Below are positions 59,003 through 64,000 of a stretch of DNA of 64,000 nucleotides, one piece after another. This DNA comes from a virus (taxonomy: Duplodnaviria; Caudoviricetes). The position numbers were made by a program, and so were the translations under genes. The notes below the pieces were generated by a model. It did no database searches and was not told where the DNA came from. It was given only the letters and a program-made list of their open reading frames with translations. The stretch covers positions 220,758-284,757 of IMG/VR virus record IMGVR_UViG_2597489997_000001; one strand, given 5' to 3'. How positions within the stretch are numbered: position 1 is the stretch's first letter; each line of letters opens with the position of its first letter.

Positions 59003-59581
59003 ATGAGTCGTATTTGGAACATCGTAATAGGTCTGAGCTTTTTAGCAGCTGCTTTAATCGTGGGAATGAACCCTTCCCATGCTGCTACCCCACCAGTAGG
59101 TTGGCATCTGGCAGACCCGGAAGTAAAAGAACTTTCTCATCTGAAGATCATCTCTAACCGAGGTGATCTCGGCGGTGAATTATCATTGATCTGTAATAAA
59201 GATACCAAGAAGATATCACTCACCTATAGCTTCGACGGTAAGCAATATGACTTTTATATTGTTCGTAACTTCGGTGACAGTAATCCAACAGCTGAAGGAA
59301 AGCTGCTGGTCGGTGCGGGCGATGCTTCTCAAGGTGATGTATTCTGGCATCTGATGAGGAATGATCAAGGTTTCTCTATCGATCGTTTCCCAGTAGGGAC
59401 TAAGAAGATTTGGGATGACTCTGTAGCCAAAGCTGTTAAGAGTAATGGCGATGTCACTCCTCCTGATATCAAACAGGAAGGTGAAGAGTTCTTTATCTCT
59501 GGCCCTAAAACCAATACGTTGTTAAATCATGTGGGTGCTTACTGCCCACTTGTTCCAGGCGATAATGCTCCTGTACTTTAG
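59003..59581 (+). CDS. exported protein, array E (Cys pair)
   Basis: Signal peptide ending SHA; LIC...YCP. Confidence 0.85.
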   Translation: MSRIWNIVIGLSFLAAALIVGMNPSHAATPPVGWHLADPEVKELSHLKIISNRGDLGGELSLICNKDTKKISLTYSFDGKQYDFYIVRNFGDSNPTAEGKLLVGAGDASQGDVFWHLMRNDQGFSIDRFPVGTKKIWDDSVAKAVKSNGDVTPPDIKQEGEEFFISGPKTNTLLNHVGAYCPLVPGDNAPVL

Positions 59582-59679
59582 TTGAAAAAGTTTACAGGAA
59601 TATATAATCAAATTGACTATAAGCCTTGCGGCCTTTGTTTATTTTCAGCCCTGGTTTATCCGATATCATTGAGGTAGTT

Positions 59680-60318
59680 ATGAAGAAGATTAATTTAGTA
59701 TGGGCAGCTGCGGCAGCTCTTTTGGTTATCGCATTCCTGTACACTACTGAAGGTAAGGCAGCGTCCTACGACGTTAAAGAGAATGTGGCGGTAGTTGCAG
59801 CAGAACGTGCTGACCGTGTCGGTATTCAGGCTGACAAAGTAATGAATGGTATTACCGATGTTACCATCACTCAAAGTAAAGACGGTAATGTTCAAAAGTT
59901 CATCCTCCAGTGTGATGCGACAACTAAGTCGATCAATATGTTCTATTACCTGAACGACACGCTGGGGACTAAGGCTAAAAGCGCTACCAACTTCCGTGTT
60001 ACTGTTTACGGTAACGGGGATGAAGGATTTATCAAAGGTGGTGACGTTACTGTATTCGATGGACAACTAACTACGGATAACCTCCGTAAAGGTCTTGAGA
60101 AACTTAATGCCTTAGGCGGTGCTGGATTTATTAACTTCGAAATCGTGGAAGCTCATGACGGTATCGATAATCCAATCGCTTACTCTTATCTGATTCCTTC
60201 TTCTTATGGACAACGTATCCTCCAAGCTGTTGATGGGGTGCAAGGTTCCGAAGGTTGTGATATTGACGGTGGGTTCGTTTCGATGTACTCACTGAAATCT
60301 CTGAAAGACTCAATCTAA
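59680..60318 (+). CDS. exported protein, array E (Cys pair)
   Basis: ATG 59680 behind GAGGT; signal peptide ending GKA; LQC...GCD. Confidence 0.85.
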   Translation: MKKINLVWAAAAALLVIAFLYTTEGKAASYDVKENVAVVAAERADRVGIQADKVMNGITDVTITQSKDGNVQKFILQCDATTKSINMFYYLNDTLGTKAKSATNFRVTVYGNGDEGFIKGGDVTVFDGQLTTDNLRKGLEKLNALGGAGFINFEIVEAHDGIDNPIAYSYLIPSSYGQRILQAVDGVQGSEGCDIDGGFVSMYSLKSLKDSI

Positions 60319-60320
60319 AC

Positions 60321-60352
60321 TAACTCCTACTCCTTAACGGGAGTAGGAGTTA
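60321..60352 (+). terminator. CCTAC/GTAGG-family hairpin terminator
   Basis: TAACTCCTACTCC-TTAACG-GGAGTAGGAGTTA. Confidence 0.8.
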
Positions 60353-60380
60353 TTCATTTGTTTATTATAGGAAAAGTACC

Positions 60381-60866
60381 ATGAAACTTATCAAAGTCGT
60401 ATTTGCATTCATCGCTCTGTCCATGTTCAGTTCAACTGCCCTGGCTCAGTATAAAGAAGAACCAATCGTATTCTTCTTTGCTAATTGGAATTCCGATCAG
60501 CGCGTGGCCGCCTCTATTGAGTGCGTGAATCCAAATGCCCCTCAGGGCTTCAAAGTTACAATTGCTGATAGTAAGAAAGTAGTCCATCCGGAATACAAAC
60601 TTTACTTCGGCGTAAACAATGGTAAACAGTTCCCTGACCGTTGGGAGCCTATTGAAAACTATTCTCCATCGATCCAGACATTCATGCTGGCAATGGTGCA
60701 AAACCGCGATCTGTTCATTGACCGTAATAACCGTGATGCTGGTATGCGTTGGGGTATTGGGCGTAATGCAGCAGAAGCCAAACAGTACGCTGTTAACATG
60801 AAAGCTCGTCCTATTCTACAGGACTTCCGTAATGCGGTGGTTCTTCATTCTTGTCGTGCGCAGTAA
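60381..60866 (+). CDS. exported protein, array E (Cys pair)
   Basis: Classic signal peptide ending ALA; IEC...SCR. Confidence 0.85.
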   Translation: MKLIKVVFAFIALSMFSSTALAQYKEEPIVFFFANWNSDQRVAASIECVNPNAPQGFKVTIADSKKVVHPEYKLYFGVNNGKQFPDRWEPIENYSPSIQTFMLAMVQNRDLFIDRNNRDAGMRWGIGRNAAEAKQYAVNMKARPILQDFRNAVVLHSCRAQ

Positions 60867-60875
60867 GGATTCAAT

Positions 60876-61469
60876 ATGAAAAACTTCTTTAAAGACTGGG
60901 GCTCCATTCTGGGGATCAACTTCGGATACCTGGCTATCTTGATCATCGGGCTTTCATCCATTAATTCTGCTTTCGCTAAAACTCCATTAGTCGTTGAAGC
61001 AATGGACAAGCAAACCTTCAGCATGGTTGGGATCAAAGAAGTCAAACCAGAAGGTGAGCTGGGGATTATCTTTGTCTGTCATAAAGATGAAGATGAAGCA
61101 ACTGTGGTTATTCAACAACCTGTGATTGATAATGAAGTTCCAGTGATCACCGGTTTCACTTTTGTTAAATATGATCAGAGTGGTAGTGAGTCAGTTATCG
61201 TACCTTACTCCACTGTGGTTAAGGGTATCTGGAACATCCGTACAGCTATCCGAGTTATGCGCGATCCTTCCTATTCTGGAACTTATGCTATTCGTTTCCA
61301 TAAAGCGGATGGTGGGTATGTTGAAACCCGTAAGTTCTACGATAGTGAACTCAAACGACTCTGGGGTGATCGCAAGTTAAAAGGCTGTGATACCTCGCAT
61401 GTCAAAGAAGCCAGCTCCTGGGAACATGTGGGTGAAGTAGACTATAACGTCTATAAGAAATACCAGTAA
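60876..61469 (+). CDS. exported protein, array E (Cys pair)
   Basis: Signal peptide ending AFA; FVC...GCD. Confidence 0.85.
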   Translation: MKNFFKDWGSILGINFGYLAILIIGLSSINSAFAKTPLVVEAMDKQTFSMVGIKEVKPEGELGIIFVCHKDEDEATVVIQQPVIDNEVPVITGFTFVKYDQSGSESVIVPYSTVVKGIWNIRTAIRVMRDPSYSGTYAIRFHKADGGYVETRKFYDSELKRLWGDRKLKGCDTSHVKEASSWEHVGEVDYNVYKKYQ

Positions 61470-61515
61470 CTTATTTGTTTCATCTAAACTAATTCAAATA
61501 TAGAGAGATATTAAA

Positions 61516-62223
61516 ATGCGTAACATAATTAAAATGATTTCTGCGTTGGTACTGACGTTGTTCCTGGTGGGTTGCGATTCTGAACCTAAGTTTGACACCG
61601 ACCACACCAAAACTCCTAACACTGCTATCACTAAGGCAGTGGAGACTTCTCGTGGTGAAGTGTTACACGAAGCTATTTACGCTACTCGCGTTACTGGTAA
61701 GTCGGCTGTATTGGGTGAGGGTCTATACACTTACGGGTTTGTTATCGAATCACAATCCCGTCAGCCTGTGATGGTTAGCCTTACCTGCTCAGTTGATCTG
61801 GATGGGTCAGCAATGGCACACACCATTTTGGATAACGAGGGTAATCCTATTCGTGGTGATCAGACCATCAGTATCATGAAGTATCGCAAAGATATTAAAG
61901 ATATCCGTGAGATGGATGAGTCATCTAAACCTCTCTTCTCATTGGCTAACGGTGATACTGATATTATTACCCCTCTGACCAAGATCAAAGACTTGGACCC
62001 TGAGACGCCAATTGCATTCACTGTCGAGAAAGAACAGTCTGATGGTTATTCGTATAGTGTTGGTTGGAGCCCATTAATTCGTGCGGGTGATTTGGCTAAA
62101 GAAGTTGCCAAACTTCCACTGAAATATTGCGCAACTCTGTATATCGCAGCAGGCGAAGAAGACGTGGTTACTGGTTATACCAATAAGGAAATCGTTGGTC
62201 TGGCTAAAGCAGCGCAACAATAA
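61516..62223 (+). CDS. lipoprotein, array E (Cys pair)
   Basis: Lipobox LVG|C; LTC...YCA. Confidence 0.85.
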   Translation: MRNIIKMISALVLTLFLVGCDSEPKFDTDHTKTPNTAITKAVETSRGEVLHEAIYATRVTGKSAVLGEGLYTYGFVIESQSRQPVMVSLTCSVDLDGSAMAHTILDNEGNPIRGDQTISIMKYRKDIKDIREMDESSKPLFSLANGDTDIITPLTKIKDLDPETPIAFTVEKEQSDGYSYSVGWSPLIRAGDLAKEVAKLPLKYCATLYIAAGEEDVVTGYTNKEIVGLAKAAQQ

Positions 62224-62231
62224 TGTGATAA

Positions 62232-62284
62232 GGTAAGGGAGCTGCGGCTCTCTTACCAAGTCGCCCCACCTATCTTTTATTTTT
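62232..62284 (+). terminator. intrinsic terminator
   Basis: GGTAAGGGGAGC-TGCG-GCTCTCTTACC then T-tract. Confidence 0.7.
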
Positions 62285-62308
62285 CACCTGCATATAAATA
62301 CTCAAGCA

Positions 62309-62325
62309 GATATTATTATGTTGAT
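62309..62325 (+). promoter_or_regulatory. putative early promoter (GATATTATTATGTTGAT)
   Basis: Repeated motif; sits in a CAGATAT...ATATCTG inverted repeat. Confidence 0.6.
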
Positions 62326-62360
62326 ATCTGTAAATTAATTTAACTTGAAGGAAAGTATAG

Positions 62361-63062
62361 ATGGAAAATGTTATCACCGAGGATGAAGCCAAGGTCTTAG
62401 CAGATGCTGATTGGCAGAAACTGTTCAATTACAAAATGCAAAAAGATTTACTCCGTTGGTGCATATATTCCATTTCCCTCAATGACGTTGCTCATAACTT
62501 AGGGCACGTTCGTGATGTGTGCGAACTGGGTCGGCACATCTGCCATGAAATGGGACTGGATGAACGCACCACCTTGCTTGTTTATCTTGGATGTCTATTA
62601 CACGACATCGGGTGTCGCTATGAACGTAAGCATCATCATTTGATAGGATATGGACTCAGTTACGATCTCATCAATCGGTACTGGCCGGGTGAGTTCACTG
62701 ATGAAGAACTATTGACTGTCGCTACCGCGATACTGGAACATCGTAGCTCTAATCCCAATAAACCCACCAACCTGGTCAGTGAAATTGTTTCTGTTGCGGA
62801 CAGTGGCGCGCCTAACTTTAATAAGTATATTCGCCGGGCAGTTCAGTTTCGCTTAAAGACTCATATGGATCCGGAACTCCTTGTTGAAGATGTCTACAAA
62901 CATCTGCTGGAAAAATTTGGAGTAGAAGGTTATCACTGGGTAAGTTATCCAGATATTGGGATGGAGTTCTTTAAGCTTGAATGGGCAGAGTTCTCCACTA
63001 AGCTTTACGATGAATCTCTTACCCTTGGAAAGATCAAGGAAACCTACGAAGAGTTACGTTAG
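62361..63062 (+). CDS. HD-domain metal-dependent phosphohydrolase
   Basis: HNLGHV, CLLHDIG, HH.IG, ILEH, VSVAD. Confidence 0.9.
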   Translation: MENVITEDEAKVLADADWQKLFNYKMQKDLLRWCIYSISLNDVAHNLGHVRDVCELGRHICHEMGLDERTTLLVYLGCLLHDIGCRYERKHHHLIGYGLSYDLINRYWPGEFTDEELLTVATAILEHRSSNPNKPTNLVSEIVSVADSGAPNFNKYIRRAVQFRLKTHMDPELLVEDVYKHLLEKFGVEGYHWVSYPDIGMEFFKLEWAEFSTKLYDESLTLGKIKETYEELR

Positions 63063-63070
63063 GAGGTGCT

Positions 63071-63532
63071 GTGAGCAATCACTCAGCTGATTTTATTCTG
63101 CTGGGAGGGATAGTACTAATCGTTGTTGCTATCGGCTCAACACTAGCATGGTGGATGATACATGACCAACCAGTAGGAAGCCAGCGGTTTAGCTGGCATC
63201 AACTCACTAAGAATAATTTCAATGTGACGTTGATAGACGAGTTGGGAAAAACATGGATCATGGATATTCATTATAATAACAACATCGAAGCTCCCAGTTG
63301 CACGATGAAAGGGGACCGAGGTTTAAGGATACAACTTCCTGTTGGATATTCTCGAAGCGAGTTTATTATATTCGCGAAAGAGATATCTGGAATAGCTGAT
63401 TGCTTTGCTCTGTTAGTCAAGGGCGTGGTCAGTGAAAAGGAGTTACACAAATTAAACTTCGGTCATGACGATATTGCCACTTATAGAGACTTCAAACGTC
63501 ATCTATTATTGAAAGCATTAAAACGAGTATGA
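63071..63532 (+). CDS. membrane-anchored hypothetical protein
   Basis: AGGAGG RBS with GTG start; N-terminal TM. Confidence 0.75.
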   Translation: MSNHSADFILLGGIVLIVVAIGSTLAWWMIHDQPVGSQRFSWHQLTKNNFNVTLIDELGKTWIMDIHYNNNIEAPSCTMKGDRGLRIQLPVGYSRSEFIIFAKEISGIADCFALLVKGVVSEKELHKLNFGHDDIATYRDFKRHLLLKALKRV

Positions 63533-63936
63533 ATGTAATTCTATTTGGTGGACTTTTCATAATGGCTGTTCTGATTGGTACAGTCATCATGGGAACTTAT
63601 AAGCGAACTGTAAAGTGCAAGACTCGTGGGCATGAGTTCACAATCACTTATAAGGACCGAACTCTTTATATCACCGCATCACGTGAAAAGAGAATTCCTT
63701 CGTATAAACGAGTGGGTTCTTTTGAGTTCATCACTATCCCTGTGGGTAGAGGTCATGAAGGGATCACTCAAATAGAGAACTTCATGCAACGGTATCGAAC
63801 TTCTATATTAGCTAAGGGGTTATTTAACTTCTCAGCTAAGAGACACCCAATAAAGTTGTTTCAGTTTGATCCCGAATATGCCAGAGAGTTAGTGGAAATA
63901 CAACATAAGCTTCACTGCTTTTGCAAAATGAAATAA
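63529..63936 (+). CDS. membrane-anchored hypothetical protein (possible paralog of 63071)
   Basis: ILFGG N-terminal TM; IPVG...L.KG pattern shared with 63071. Confidence 0.7.
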   Translation: MNVILFGGLFIMAVLIGTVIMGTYKRTVKCKTRGHEFTITYKDRTLYITASREKRIPSYKRVGSFEFITIPVGRGHEGITQIENFMQRYRTSILAKGLFNFSAKRHPIKLFQFDPEYARELVEIQHKLHCFCKMK

Positions 63937-63938
63937 AC

Positions 63939-63999
63939 AACATAAACTCCTACTCACCCATCTGGGTGAGTAGGAGAATCAACTTATGTTAATTTTTTT
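63939..63999 (+). terminator. CCTAC/GTAGG-family hairpin with AACATAA/TTATGTT flanks
   Basis: CTCCTACTCACCCA-TC-TGGGTGAGTAGGAG. Confidence 0.8.
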
Positions 64000-64000
64000 A

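Noticed and set aside
1-64000. tRNA/rRNA genes or alternative genetic code
   Set aside because: No cloverleaf-like intergenic segment seen; conserved genes are full length under the standard code

Overview
A 64-kb, densely coding segment of a phiKZ-related jumbo myovirus genome. The 328-aa modular GH19 endolysin, the GroEL-like chaperonin and the 2432-aa GH19-tipped tail protein match my recollection of Pseudomonas phage OBP (gp279, gp246, gp276); this needs a BLAST check. Left arm (1-11.7 kb): accessory and metabolic genes (HAD phosphatase, GNAT, DHFR, ClpP-like protease, chaperonin, thymidine kinase). Centre (11.8-49.6 kb): conserved phiKZ-type core with an RNase H-like protein, internal head proteins, SNF2-like helicase, UvsX/RecA, three split virion RNA polymerase subunits, giant tail lysin, endolysin and head maturation protease. 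Right arm (49.6-64 kb): back-to-back arrays of diverged paralogs. Most notable observations: five tandem exported proteins sharing one conserved Cys pair; an apparently catalytically dead paralog of the head protease; a hidden -1 frame extension of the 8158 gene; a repeated early-promoter-like motif (one copy inside a perfect 13-bp inverted repeat); a family of CCTAC/GTAGG hairpins. No tRNA, rRNA, CRISPR array or IS element was seen. phiKZ gene-number equivalences are from memory of motifs and synteny, not from a search.
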